Below, piece after piece: positions 28,268 through 38,206 of a stretch of 64,000 nucleotides of DNA. Position 1 is the stretch's first letter. The number at the start of each line of letters is the position of its first letter. The position numbers and the translations under genes are program-made. Source of the DNA: Treponemataceae bacterium (GTDB lineage Bacteria > Spirochaetota > Spirochaetia > Treponematales > Rectinemataceae); NCBI GenBank assembly GCA_963678065.2, contig CAXXVZ010000005.1, positions 1,184,001 through 1,248,000 of the forward strand, written 5' to 3'. The notes beneath the pieces are model-generated. The model made no database searches and was not told the DNA's origin. It saw nothing but the letters and a program-made list of their open reading frames with translations.

Positions 28268-30844
28268 ATGGAATTGACTGAAAGCTTCATTTCCGACCTC
28301 AAGGTCGACGAAATCGTGATCATGAAGAGGATCGCCACTGAGATCGGCATCCGCGCCGACCAGGTCTCCGCTGTCATCTCGCTCATCGGCGAGGGATGCA
28401 CGGTGCCCTTCATCAGCCGCTACCGCAAGGAAAAGACCGGCAGCCTCGACGAGGTCCAGGTCCGCGATTCCGCCCATTCCTTCGAAACATACAAGAACCT
28501 CGAGGAGCGGCGCATCGAGGTCATGCGTGGCATATTCGCCCTCGGCAAGCTCGACGAGGCCCTGTACGGCAACATCGCCAAGGCGGCGACTCTGGCCGAG
28601 ATCGAAGATCTCTGGGCGCCCTTCAAGAAGAAAAAGAAGACGCGCGGCATGCTCGCCCAGGAAAAGGGGCTCTCTCCCCTCGCCGAAATAATGCTGAAAG
28701 AGGACGGGGCAGCCGTCGAGGCGGCCGCGCCTGGCTTCGTACACGAGGACGCCGAGCACCCCGAGCTCTCCGTCGCGACTGCCGCCGACGCGATCCAGGG
28801 CGCGATGGATATCGTCGCGGAGCGCATGTCGCAGAATCCCGAAAACCGCGCAGCCGTCAAGAGCTTCTACCTCAGGACGGGCAGCCTCAGGACAGCCGGC
28901 GTCGGAGACGAGGCCAAGCGCGAGACCTCGACTTACCAGATGTACTGGGACTACTCCGAGCCGCTGGGCCAGCTGAAGCCCCACCGCGTCCTCGCCGTGA
29001 ACCGGGCCGAACGCGACGGCGAACTCACCGTCACCATCGAGGTCGACGAAGACGGCGCAATCGCGCTTCTGAAGGACCGCGCCTGGATCAACAACAAGTA
29101 CCACGCCGATGCCATCGCCGACGGCCTCGTGCGCCTTCTGTCCCCTGCCGTCGTGCGCGAAATCCGCTCCGACGCGGGCGATACCGCCGACACCCACGGG
29201 ATCACGGTTTTCTCCCAGAATCTCAAGAACCTCCTCATGTCGCCGCCAATCAAGGGGACGAGGGTGCTCGGCGTCGACCCCGGCATCAGGACGGGAACCA
29301 AGTGCGCCGCCCTCGACGAGACGGGCAAGTATCTCGATTACTTCGTCATCTTTCAGGAACTCAAGGCCGATGACGCCCGCAAGGCCATCGCGACAGCCGT
29401 CAAGCGGCACAATCTCAAGCTGATCGCCGTCGGAAACGGAACCGGCAGCCACGAAGTCCAGCTTCTCGTCGCGAAGACTATAGAGGATGAGGGGCTCGAC
29501 TGCGCCTTCACGGTGGTCGACGAGGACGGCGCCTCGGTCTATTCGGCCTCCGACATAGCCCGCGAAGAGTTTCCCGACCTCGACCTGACCATCAGGGGAG
29601 CCATCTCCATCGGCCGCCGTCTCCAGGACCCGCTGGCCGAACTCGTCAAGATCGACCCGAAATCCATCGGCGTGGGGCTCTACCAGCACGATGTCAACCA
29701 GAAGAAGCTCTCCGACAGCCTCGACGAGGTGGTGGGCTCCGTCGTCAACAACGTCGGCGTCAATCTGAACACCGCGAGCCACAGCCTTCTGCGCTACGTG
29801 TCGGGCATCAACGTGGGGCTCGCCAAGAAGATCGTCAAATTCCGCGAGACGACGGGCGCGATCGCGGGCCGCCACCAGCTACGCGATATCCCCGGTCTCG
29901 GCGAGAAGACTTTCGAGCAGTGCGCGGGCTTCCTCAAGATTCCCGAGAGCGCCAATCCGCTGGACAACACCTGGGTCCACCCCGAGAACTATTCGCTCGC
30001 CGAGGAGCTTCTGCCCATCGTGCAGAACCACGGAGACGTGACCCGCGATATCCGGGCAGCGCTGAAAGAGAAGTACAAGGTTGGCGACACGACTCTGGAC
30101 GACATCCTCGTCGAGCTCAAGAAGCCGAACCGCGATCCGCGCGAAGGCTTCCCGGCACCCATCCTCCAGAAGGGCGTCGTGCTCTTCGACGACCTCGCCG
30201 AGGGCATGACAGTGCGCGGCAAGGTCAAGAATGTCGTCGACTTCGGCGCCTTCGTCGATATCGGGATCAAGGAGAGCGCCCTCATCCACGTCTCGGAGAT
30301 GTCCGACCGCTTCGTCAAGGACCCGATGGACGTGCTCAAGGTGGGCGACGTGAAGGATTTCACGATCATCTCGCTCGACCGCGCGCGCAAGCGCATCGGG
30401 CTCTCCCTCAAGACCGAGCGGGGCGCCCCGCCGCGCGAGGGCTTCGCGAAGCGGGAGGGTTTCGCACGGCGGGACGATGCCGCGAAACCCGAGGCCGGCA
30501 CGGCTGACGCGGCCGGCGGAGGTCGGCGCGTGGTGGCGGTCAAGAAAGCCGGAGCGCCCGGCGCCGTCGGGGCATCCGGCGCTGCGGGCGGGGCGGGCAC
30601 CGGGGCCCGGCCGCCAACTGGAACGAACGGCTCCCGTAACCCGAGACCGGCGGCGGGGCGCCCCGGCCAGGATTCCGGCCGCGGGCAAGGACAGGGCGGC
30701 GGAGGGCAGGCACCGGGCACCGCGGGCGGCCAGGGACGCGGCTCACCGTATCCTCCACGGAGGGATGACCCCCGTCGCGAGAAGGATGACGACGGAACCA
30801 CCTACAACCCCTTCGCCGAGCTCCTGAAAAACAGGAAGCGCTGA
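28268..30844 (+). CDS. tex: Tex family RNA-binding transcription accessory protein with long low-complexity C-terminal tail
   Basis: TVPFISRYRKEKTGSLDE, GVDPGIRTGTK, GASVYSAS, RRLQDPLAELVKIDPKSIGVGLYQHDV, S1 domain NVVDFGAFVDIG. Confidence 0.93.
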   Translation: MELTESFISDLKVDEIVIMKRIATEIGIRADQVSAVISLIGEGCTVPFISRYRKEKTGSLDEVQVRDSAHSFETYKNLEERRIEVMRGIFALGKLDEALYGNIAKAATLAEIEDLWAPFKKKKKTRGMLAQEKGLSPLAEIMLKEDGAAVEAAAPGFVHEDAEHPELSVATAADAIQGAMDIVAERMSQNPENRAAVKSFYLRTGSLRTAGVGDEAKRETSTYQMYWDYSEPLGQLKPHRVLAVNRAERDGELTVTIEVDEDGAIALLKDRAWINNKYHADAIADGLVRLLSPAVVREIRSDAGDTADTHGITVFSQNLKNLLMSPPIKGTRVLGVDPGIRTGTKCAALDETGKYLDYFVIFQELKADDARKAIATAVKRHNLKLIAVGNGTGSHEVQLLVAKTIEDEGLDCAFTVVDEDGASVYSASDIAREEFPDLDLTIRGAISIGRRLQDPLAELVKIDPKSIGVGLYQHDVNQKKLSDSLDEVVGSVVNNVGVNLNTASHSLLRYVSGINVGLAKKIVKFRETTGAIAGRHQLRDIPGLGEKTFEQCAGFLKIPESANPLDNTWVHPENYSLAEELLPIVQNHGDVTRDIRAALKEKYKVGDTTLDDILVELKKPNRDPREGFPAPILQKGVVLFDDLAEGMTVRGKVKNVVDFGAFVDIGIKESALIHVSEMSDRFVKDPMDVLKVGDVKDFTIISLDRARKRIGLSLKTERGAPPREGFAKREGFARRDDAAKPEAGTADAAGGGRRVVAVKKAGAPGAVGASGAAGGAGTGARPPTGTNGSRNPRPAAGRPGQDSGRGQGQGGGGQAPGTAGGQGRGSPYPPRRDDPRREKDDDGTTYNPFAELLKNRKR

Positions 30845-30940
30845 TCGCTCCGGGGCGCGGGGCGCAGGGCATCTGTGATTTTTTTCCGGCACAATAGCAG
30901 AAACGGATGTAGAATAATCTATTGATGGAGGTTGCCGGAC

Positions 30941-32437
30941 GTGAAGGAATACGTGGATCCTTATCCGGCGGCATGTGAAGACCACGACAGTAAAATGTCG
31001 TTCGATGAATTTGTCGCATATTACCGCAAGCGTTTCAAATACTCGGGATCACTGCCGACCGCGATACTGTTCGTACTGACCGATGCTCTCGCGCTCTTGT
31101 GCAGCTTCGGGATCGGTTTTTTCATCGTGAATGCGTACAATCCCGACAGCATCAATTTCAGGTCCTTCGTGACATACTGGCCCTATCTGCCGGCCTTCGT
31201 GTTCGGGTTCTACCTCGCCCACCTCTACCCGGGGCTCAACCTGGCGCCGGCCGAGGAATTCCGCAGGTTCTGCATGGCCTCCTTCATGGGGCACCTGGGC
31301 ATCATGATTGCCCTGTTTATCGTGCACCGGCAAATAACTCCCTACACCGTCGCGTTCTGCTTCAGCTTCATCGTGAGTGTCCCGGCCATAACGCTGTTTC
31401 GGAACAAGGCCCGGAACGTTTTCAAGGCGGCCGACTGGTGGGGTATCCCCACAGTCATTTTCGGGGCCGGAAAGACGGGCCGCATGCTCGTCGACAGGCT
31501 TCTCAAGCACCAGTGGATAGGCTATAAGCCCGCCGTCATCCTCGACGACGACCCCGCGCAGGAGGGATTCTACCGGGATATCCCCGTCATGAAGGGCACC
31601 GACCTCGGGCCGAAAATCGCCGAGATCTGCGGCGCGTGGAACGCCGTCGTCGCCATGCCGGGGGTGGATTCGTTCCGCCTCTCCAAGATCATCGTCGACA
31701 ATGTCCGCTGTTTCCGCTACTACGCCATCATCCCCGACATGTTCGGGCTGACGAGCATGTGGATGAGCGTCCGGGATTTCGACGGTATCCTCAGCCTGCA
31801 GACGACGCAGCGCCTGCTTCTGCCCTTCAACCGGTTCCTCAAGAGGATTTTCGACATCGTGCTGAGCGCTCTCGGCCTCGTCGTTCTCTCTCCGCTGTTC
31901 GGAGTCGTCGCCCTCGCCGTAAAGCTGGACTCGCCGGGACCGGTCTTCTACGGCCACACGAGACTCGGAAGGAACGGCGTTCCGTTCAAGGCGTGGAAGT
32001 TCCGTTCCATGGTCCGCAATTCTGGCGAGATACTGGCCGCGCTCCTCGCCCGGGACCCGGTGGCGAAGGCCGAATGGGAGCGGGAGTTCAAGCTCAGAAA
32101 TGACCCCCGCGTCACCAGGATCGGGGAATTCCTGCGCCGTTCCAGTCTCGACGAGTTTCCCCAGCTTCTGAACGTGCTGCGGGGCGAGATGAGCCTCGTG
32201 GGACCCCGGCCCATCATCGCCAAAGAGATCGAAAAATACGGCTCCTACTACAACCTCGTCGCGAGCGTCAGACCTGGATTATCCGGCCTCTGGCAGGTCT
32301 CGGGGCGCTCGGAAGCCGATTACGAAGAGAGGGTCGCCTACGATACATATTACATCCAGAGCTGGTCGGTCTGGCTCGACCTCTACATCATGTTCAGGAC
32401 CGTGGGCGTGGTCATTGGCGGCAAAGGTGCATATTGA
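30941..32437 (+). CDS. wbaP: undecaprenyl-phosphate hexose-1-phosphate transferase (WbaP family)
   Basis: N-terminal TM helices, KRIFDI, KFRSM, DPRVTRIGEFLRRSSLDEFPQLLNVLRGEMSLVGPRP, PGLSGLWQVSGRS; GGAGG before GTG 30941. Confidence 0.9.
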   Translation: MKEYVDPYPAACEDHDSKMSFDEFVAYYRKRFKYSGSLPTAILFVLTDALALLCSFGIGFFIVNAYNPDSINFRSFVTYWPYLPAFVFGFYLAHLYPGLNLAPAEEFRRFCMASFMGHLGIMIALFIVHRQITPYTVAFCFSFIVSVPAITLFRNKARNVFKAADWWGIPTVIFGAGKTGRMLVDRLLKHQWIGYKPAVILDDDPAQEGFYRDIPVMKGTDLGPKIAEICGAWNAVVAMPGVDSFRLSKIIVDNVRCFRYYAIIPDMFGLTSMWMSVRDFDGILSLQTTQRLLLPFNRFLKRIFDIVLSALGLVVLSPLFGVVALAVKLDSPGPVFYGHTRLGRNGVPFKAWKFRSMVRNSGEILAALLARDPVAKAEWEREFKLRNDPRVTRIGEFLRRSSLDEFPQLLNVLRGEMSLVGPRPIIAKEIEKYGSYYNLVASVRPGLSGLWQVSGRSEADYEERVAYDTYYIQSWSVWLDLYIMFRTVGVVIGGKGAY

Positions 32438-33236
32438 CAGATCCGTGACAGGGCGGGTCCGCTGCGGGGCGTGGACAACGGCCATCTTCCTGTTTTTCGC
32501 GGCGCTTGCCATCCCGACGGGGGCGGAGCCGCTCTCCGTCCTCCTTCCCGGACTTTCCGGCGACAATCTTTCCAAGGTTCTCGCAGGGGAGAGCGTCATA
32601 CTCGACGCGACCGAAACACGCATCCTCACGCTTCTTCCTGCGACGCCCGAAGGGGCCCGCATAGGGAAAGTGGCGGGGAACCGCAAGTCGGCATTCCTCG
32701 TCGAGAGCGTCTACCTCGCCAAAGGGATCAGGATCGATGACAGGCTCGCCCTCTACAACGCGCTGACCGCCATCCGGACGATGTCGGGGATCACGTACTT
32801 CTCTTTCAACCGGAACAAGGAGACCGTCCTGTATTCCGATGTGTTCAGGACCGACGCTCCCGGTTCCATGCGCGCACTTGCGGACGTGGAGCTGCAGGAT
32901 CTGCCCGAAAAATCGCGCTTCGATATCCATATAAAGGACATCAATTTCGGGTCGACATGGTACGAGATGACGGTCGATACCCGGGGCGGCGGCTTCGAGA
33001 TGGCGATGTCCAACTCGAGGCCCATCGGACTCGTGATCATCAGGGCATTCGACAAGGACAGCCTGCGCACGCGCTTCGCCGTCTTTCAGGCGGACGAGGG
33101 CGCGGTGATCTACGGAGTATGCATGGCCGACCCTGCGCCCACCGCCGCGAAGCTCGTCGACATGTACTGGGCTGTCGCGAAGCGGCTCGACGCTGTCCGG
33201 CAATGGGCCATGGGGCGGCTCGAGGGCATGCGGTGA
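32415..33236 (+). CDS. exported hypothetical protein (DUF6675-like, spirochaete type)
   Basis: Signal-like segment, then LYNALTAIRTMSGITYFS, DINFG, KRLDAVRQW; family label from memory only. Confidence 0.55.
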   Translation: MAAKVHIDRSVTGRVRCGAWTTAIFLFFAALAIPTGAEPLSVLLPGLSGDNLSKVLAGESVILDATETRILTLLPATPEGARIGKVAGNRKSAFLVESVYLAKGIRIDDRLALYNALTAIRTMSGITYFSFNRNKETVLYSDVFRTDAPGSMRALADVELQDLPEKSRFDIHIKDINFGSTWYEMTVDTRGGGFEMAMSNSRPIGLVIIRAFDKDSLRTRFAVFQADEGAVIYGVCMADPAPTAAKLVDMYWAVAKRLDAVRQWAMGRLEGMR

Positions 33237-34723
33237 GCGAGGTGGCTATTCCGGGGCAGCGGCGATCCGTCGTGGCCAATTTCCTGTATTCCAGTATGTC
33301 CTCGGTGCTGAATGCCCTCGTTCCCCTCATCACCTATCCCTACATCGCCCGCGTGCTCGGTCCCGAAAACATGGGCAAGCTTGGAGTCGCAGGATCGCTG
33401 TCGGGTTTTTTCCTTGTGGCCGGGACCCTCGGGCTGCCGATCTACGGGGTCAGGCTCGTCGCGCAGAACCGGGGCAGGCCCCGCGAACTCGGCCGGATCA
33501 GCGCGGAACTCGCCATCCTTCAGATGGGTGCGGCCCTGCTTGCGACGGTGTTCTTCGCGGTACTGGTCGCCAGTGTCCCCCGCTACCGCGCCGAACCGCT
33601 TCTTTTCACCGCGTTCGGGGCCACGGTTCTCGTCGCGGGACTCAACTTCGATTGGTTTCTGCAAGGAGTGGAGGAGTTCAAGTACATCGGCCTGCGAAAT
33701 ACGGTCATCAAGGCCCTCTCGATAGCCCTTCTCTTCGTCGTGGTGAGATCGAAGTCCGACTATATCGTATACGCGTTCTTTTTCGCGGGTTTTTCGGCGC
33801 TGACCATCGGCCTCAACGCGCGGACCTGCCTGCGCCATGTCAGGCCCACCATCGCTGGTTTCCACCCCTTCTCTCATCTCGGTCCGATGGCCGTGTTCAC
33901 CCTGACCGCGGTCGCCGTCACCGCATATACGAACCTCGACTTCCTGTTTCTGGGACTCCTGGCGGACAACGGCGAATCAGGTTTCTACAACATTTCCATA
34001 CGTTTGGTGCGGACTCTCGGTTTCATCACCGCGACCCTGAGCGGGGTGCTTCTTCCCCGGCTTTCGACGCTCGCGGGTTCGGACGAAGAAGGTTTTTCCG
34101 GCATACTGGGCGATTCGTTCAACGCCATCCTCCTCTTCGCCCTGCCATCCGCGGCGGGAATTTTCGTGACCGCCGACGATTTCATCCGTATTTTTGCGGG
34201 GAGTCAGTACGCGGGAGCGGGGGCTTCCCTGAGGATCACCGCGTTTATCGTGCCGATCGCGGCGCTGTCCAACTTTCTGCAGGTTCAGGTCCTGGTTCCG
34301 CGCGGGAAGGAGACGCCGACCCTCCTGTCTTTCGGAGCGGGAATAGTGGCGGGTTCGGCGGTCCTGGCCGCGCTGGTCGGGCCTCTCGGGCATGTCGGCG
34401 CGGCTTTCGGGATGCTCGCCGCGGAGGGCGCCGTCCTGGCCGTCCAGGCGGCGCTTGTCGGGAGGAAGGAACTCTCCCGTTTCGTGGAGCCCGGACGCGT
34501 TCTGAGCTATGCCGCCGGCGGCCTTTTCTGTGGCGCCGCGGCGGCTCTTCCTCACGCATTCATGCCCGGCGGTGGATTGCGGCTTGTCGTTTCCGTTTTT
34601 GCCGGGGCAGCCGTTTATCTTGCATTTCTCGCCCTAATCAAGGACGATATATGTAGCAGGCTGGTGAAAAAGCTGACTGGCAAAAAAAACGGAGCGATCC
34701 GGAACGGAGGGGCGGAAGCATGA
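33233..34723 (+). CDS. wzx: Wzx oligosaccharide flippase
   Basis: NFLYS..PLITYPYIARVLGPE, DWFLQGVEEFKYI, GFYN, LLPRLS; many TM helices; GTGA overlap with the upstream gene. Confidence 0.88.
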   Translation: MSEVAIPGQRRSVVANFLYSSMSSVLNALVPLITYPYIARVLGPENMGKLGVAGSLSGFFLVAGTLGLPIYGVRLVAQNRGRPRELGRISAELAILQMGAALLATVFFAVLVASVPRYRAEPLLFTAFGATVLVAGLNFDWFLQGVEEFKYIGLRNTVIKALSIALLFVVVRSKSDYIVYAFFFAGFSALTIGLNARTCLRHVRPTIAGFHPFSHLGPMAVFTLTAVAVTAYTNLDFLFLGLLADNGESGFYNISIRLVRTLGFITATLSGVLLPRLSTLAGSDEEGFSGILGDSFNAILLFALPSAAGIFVTADDFIRIFAGSQYAGAGASLRITAFIVPIAALSNFLQVQVLVPRGKETPTLLSFGAGIVAGSAVLAALVGPLGHVGAAFGMLAAEGAVLAVQAALVGRKELSRFVEPGRVLSYAAGGLFCGAAAALPHAFMPGGGLRLVVSVFAGAAVYLAFLALIKDDICSRLVKKLTGKKNGAIRNGGAEA

Positions 34724-35916
34724 AGATCCTGCAGCTTGTGACGCGCTCCGAACCCGGAGGCGCCCAGACCATCGTCCGAACTCTGGCCGAAGCCCTCTCC
34801 GAGAGAGGGCACGACGTGCTCGTGGCGTCGGGACCGGAGGGAGATGGCGAGGCCTGGAAGGGTATGTCAGACAGAGTCGGCATCGCCGTGCTGCCCCACC
34901 TGGTGCGAAGCCTGTCTCCGGGGGAAGAATTCAAGGCGATAGCGGAAATTTCGGCCCTGTACCGATCCTTCCGGCCCGATTGCGTCAACCTGCACACCTC
35001 CAAGGCGGCGCTGCTCGGACGCCTCGCGCCCGGCCTTGCGCGGAGCAGGATCGTGTATACCATGCACGGTTTCGACCAACTCAGGGTCGCGAACAGGCGT
35101 TTCCTGGCCGCGGACAAGATTCTGAAACGGCTCTGCGGGGCCGTCGTCGCCGTGAGCTCGCAGGACGAGATGACCATGCGGAAGGAGGGCTACGCTCCTG
35201 TCCTCATCCCGAACGGGACGGTCGATTCGTGTCTGCGCCTCAAAGAAGATGACCTGGTCCGGTCCCGACTCGATGAACTCCGGTCCTCGGGACTTCCGCT
35301 CGTGCTCACTGTCGCGAGGGACGCGAAACCGAAAAGGCTGGACTTGGTCCGCGAACTCTCCCGGCTCTTCCGCGGGCGAGCCTCCTTTGCCTGGATCGGG
35401 GGTGACAGCCACAATCGCTGCCCGGATGGATCGCGAGGCACCGGTATTCCGGGCTGGATCGACGCGGGCGACCAGCCCGGCGGATTCCGCGCTCCCGGCG
35501 CCGCCGGCGGTCGCGTCGACCGGGACAACCTCATCTGCCTCGGCACGGTCCCGGATGCCGCCGCCTACCTCTCCGAAGTCGACGTCTTCATTCTGGCCTC
35601 GGACCACGAGGGAATGCCCGTTTCGCTTGTCGAAGCGATGTCCGCAGGCCTTCCCTGCATCGCTTCCGACGTGGGCGGAATACCCGAACTGCTCGGCGAG
35701 GACTGCGGGATGGTCGTGCCGAATACAGTCGGGGATTTTGCCATCGGACTGGAAAAACTCATCGCGTCGCCGGAACTTCGCCGCGAACTCGGCGGGTCCG
35801 CGAGGAAGGCCTGGGAGGAGCGATATTCGGTCGGACGGATGGCAGAAGCCTACGAAGTTCTGTACCGCCGCTGCGCCGGCCCGGCAGGCCCGGCCAATCC
35901 GGCCGGGCGATCCTGA
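34720..35916 (+). CDS. glycosyltransferase family 4
   Basis: MKILQLVT..GGAQ, HTSKA, SDHEGMPVSLVEAM, SDVGGIPE. Confidence 0.9.
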   Translation: MKILQLVTRSEPGGAQTIVRTLAEALSERGHDVLVASGPEGDGEAWKGMSDRVGIAVLPHLVRSLSPGEEFKAIAEISALYRSFRPDCVNLHTSKAALLGRLAPGLARSRIVYTMHGFDQLRVANRRFLAADKILKRLCGAVVAVSSQDEMTMRKEGYAPVLIPNGTVDSCLRLKEDDLVRSRLDELRSSGLPLVLTVARDAKPKRLDLVRELSRLFRGRASFAWIGGDSHNRCPDGSRGTGIPGWIDAGDQPGGFRAPGAAGGRVDRDNLICLGTVPDAAAYLSEVDVFILASDHEGMPVSLVEAMSAGLPCIASDVGGIPELLGEDCGMVVPNTVGDFAIGLEKLIASPELRRELGGSARKAWEERYSVGRMAEAYEVLYRRCAGPAGPANPAGRS

Positions 35917-35938
35917 TTTTTTGCCGCACAGCGCCGCG

Positions 35939-37042
35939 ATGAAAGTGCTCCATGTGATCAACAGCCTCGAGACTGGAGGCGCCGAGAGACTCGTTTCCGA
36001 CCTTCTCCCGGCCCTCGCGAGGCGGGGCCTCGATGTCGAGGCCTGCGTGCTGGCCGCGGATGCGGGTCCATTCGGCGCAAAACTCCTGTCAGAAGGAATT
36101 TTCGTCCGCACGGGGCGGCCGGGATCGCTCTACAGCCCCGCGCGCATATCGGACGTCGCGCGGGCCATCGAGGCGTCGCGCCCGGACCTCATCCATGTCC
36201 ACCTGGCTCCGGCCCTGTACTGGACGGTGGCCGCGCTCTGGCGATCAGGGTCCCGGATTCCCCTCGTCACGACGGAACACACGACTAAGACCAGACGCAT
36301 GTCCCGCGCGTGGCTGAAGCCAGTGGAGCGGCTCCTCTACCGCCGGGTTTCGCGGATTGTCTGCGTGAGCCACTCGAGCGCGGCTGCTGTCGGCGCCTGG
36401 CTAGGCTCTGATCCGGCTGAGCTTCCGGTCATCGCGAACGGCGTCGAGCTCGAACCGTTCCGGGGCGCGAAGCCTGCCCGGGACGTCGGAACGTTCCTCG
36501 CGGGTCGGCGTGGCGTCGTCATGGCCGCGCGTTTCACGGAGGCGAAGGACCACGCGACTCTGATAAAGGCCATGGTCCTTCTTCCGGAAGACTATGCTCT
36601 GGTGCTCGCAGGAGAGGGAGTGACGCGGCCCGCGGCCGAGAAGCTCGCGGCCGATTCCGGCCTCGATGGGCGGGTCCTGTTCGCGGGCGCGCGGAAGGAT
36701 GTGCCGGAACTGCTCGCGGCCTGCCGCGTCGCCGTGCAGTCTTCACACTGGGAAGGATTCGGGCTTTCGGCTATCGAGGCAATGGCCGCCGGTTTGCCCG
36801 TGGTCGCGAGCGACGTGCCCGGGCTCGCCGATGTCGTAGGGGAGGCCGGAGTCCTCTTCGCGCGGGAAGACGCGCAGGCTTGCGCCCGCTCGATTCTCGA
36901 TGTGGCGGAGGAAGGGCGGAAAAGAACGGATGCCATCGCGGCCGGAACGAGGCGCTCCCTCGGGTTTTCCATGGATCGCTGCGCCGGCGAGTATGCCGCG
37001 CTGTACGCCGACGCCATCGCCGCTCCGGGGCTGAATCGCTGA
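35939..37042 (+). CDS. glycosyltransferase family 4
   Basis: MKVLHVINSLETGGAE, KDHATL, SHWEGFGLSAIEAMAAGLPVVASDV. Confidence 0.9.
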   Translation: MKVLHVINSLETGGAERLVSDLLPALARRGLDVEACVLAADAGPFGAKLLSEGIFVRTGRPGSLYSPARISDVARAIEASRPDLIHVHLAPALYWTVAALWRSGSRIPLVTTEHTTKTRRMSRAWLKPVERLLYRRVSRIVCVSHSSAAAVGAWLGSDPAELPVIANGVELEPFRGAKPARDVGTFLAGRRGVVMAARFTEAKDHATLIKAMVLLPEDYALVLAGEGVTRPAAEKLAADSGLDGRVLFAGARKDVPELLAACRVAVQSSHWEGFGLSAIEAMAAGLPVVASDVPGLADVVGEAGVLFAREDAQACARSILDVAEEGRKRTDAIAAGTRRSLGFSMDRCAGEYAALYADAIAAPGLNR

Positions 37043-37045
37043 GAC

Positions 37046-37086
37046 CGAAGTCCCGGGGCCACGCACGATAGGGCCTCGGGACTTCG
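37046..37086. terminator. hairpin between convergent glycosyltransferase genes
   Basis: CGAAGTCCCGGGGCC ... GGCCTCGGGACTTCG imperfect 15-bp stem; no U tail. Confidence 0.5.
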
Positions 37087-37100
37087 ATCCGGGTCGACGA

Positions 37101-38006
37101 TCAGGAAGCCCGAGTGGCGCGGGCTCTGTCCGCAAGCGCCGCCACCGCGCCGACAGGCAGGGCGAGGAGAGCGAGCCGCCTTCCCCGCGCCGGAAGTCCC
37201 GCGAGGGTGGGCCGGAGCTTCCGGAAATGGATGGCAAAGCGGACCAGGTTTGCCGCCTCGCGGAGAAGAAGCCTTCCGGGAAAGGGCAGAGCAAGCTCCT
37301 CGATGTAGAAGAGGAGGGTTCCCTCGGGATTGCGGAGTCTCAGGTCGAGACTTCGGGCGGAGAGCCCGTCGGCCCGGTACTCGCAGGAATACAGGATCTC
37401 GTTGCTCAGGTAAAGCCTCCAGCCGTCGCGCGCGATCCGGAACCAGACCACGCACTCCGTGATGAAGCGCTCGCCTTCGAACTCAGGGAAGGGATAGCGG
37501 CGCAGCACGTCGGTCTTGAAGGCTTCGGCCTTGTCGCCGCGGATTCTGTCCACGAAGGTCAGGGTGGCGGCGTCCCGCGGCCCGGAATCGAGGGGGAGAC
37601 GCTCTCCGACAAGCTTTCCATCCAGCGTCTGTTTGAGCCCCATGACGCCGCCGGCTGACGGATCGCCGTCCGCCTGTCGCGCGAGCCGCGCGAGCTTTTC
37701 CAGCGAGTCCGCGGGAAGGAGGTCGTCCGAGTCGACGATGAAAATCCAGCTACTCCTGACCTCCGGTATGCCCCGGTTGAGGGCTCTGTGCTTGCCGCCG
37801 TTCTCGCAGCGAATCGTGCGCACGGGAAAGGAGGATGCCTCGCAGAGCGAGCTCAGGAGCTGCGCGGTCCCGTCCGTGGAGCCGTCGTCGACCACGAGCC
37901 ATTCGAAATCGCAAAAGCTCTGTACTTCAAGCGAAGCCGCGAGGCGAGGAAGGGTCTCGGCCCTGTTGTATGTCGGCGTGAGGACGGTGATGTAGGGCGC
38001 ACTCAT
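37101..38006 (-). CDS. glycosyltransferase family 2
   Basis: TVLTPTYNR, VVDDGSTD, NGGKHRALN, VDSDD. Confidence 0.9.
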   Translation of the reverse strand: MSAPYITVLTPTYNRAETLPRLAASLEVQSFCDFEWLVVDDGSTDGTAQLLSSLCEASSFPVRTIRCENGGKHRALNRGIPEVRSSWIFIVDSDDLLPADSLEKLARLARQADGDPSAGGVMGLKQTLDGKLVGERLPLDSGPRDAATLTFVDRIRGDKAEAFKTDVLRRYPFPEFEGERFITECVVWFRIARDGWRLYLSNEILYSCEYRADGLSARSLDLRLRNPEGTLLFYIEELALPFPGRLLLREAANLVRFAIHFRKLRPTLAGLPARGRRLALLALPVGAVAALADRARATRAS

Positions 38007-38206
38007 GGCGGGGCTCCTTGTCGTTCGGGCTGCAATCCCTCGCGGCGGAAGATTTCCTGAATGGGTCCTCCCGCAACTTCTTGTCAGAATACTTGATACC
38101 TGGCGGCTTTCGCCACGCCCCGGCGCGGTGGTTTTCACATGCCGGCGGATGGTCTATAGTTTGGAGCGGCGAACCCGCGGCGCGGGCTTTTGTGAAAAGG
38201 AAGTGC

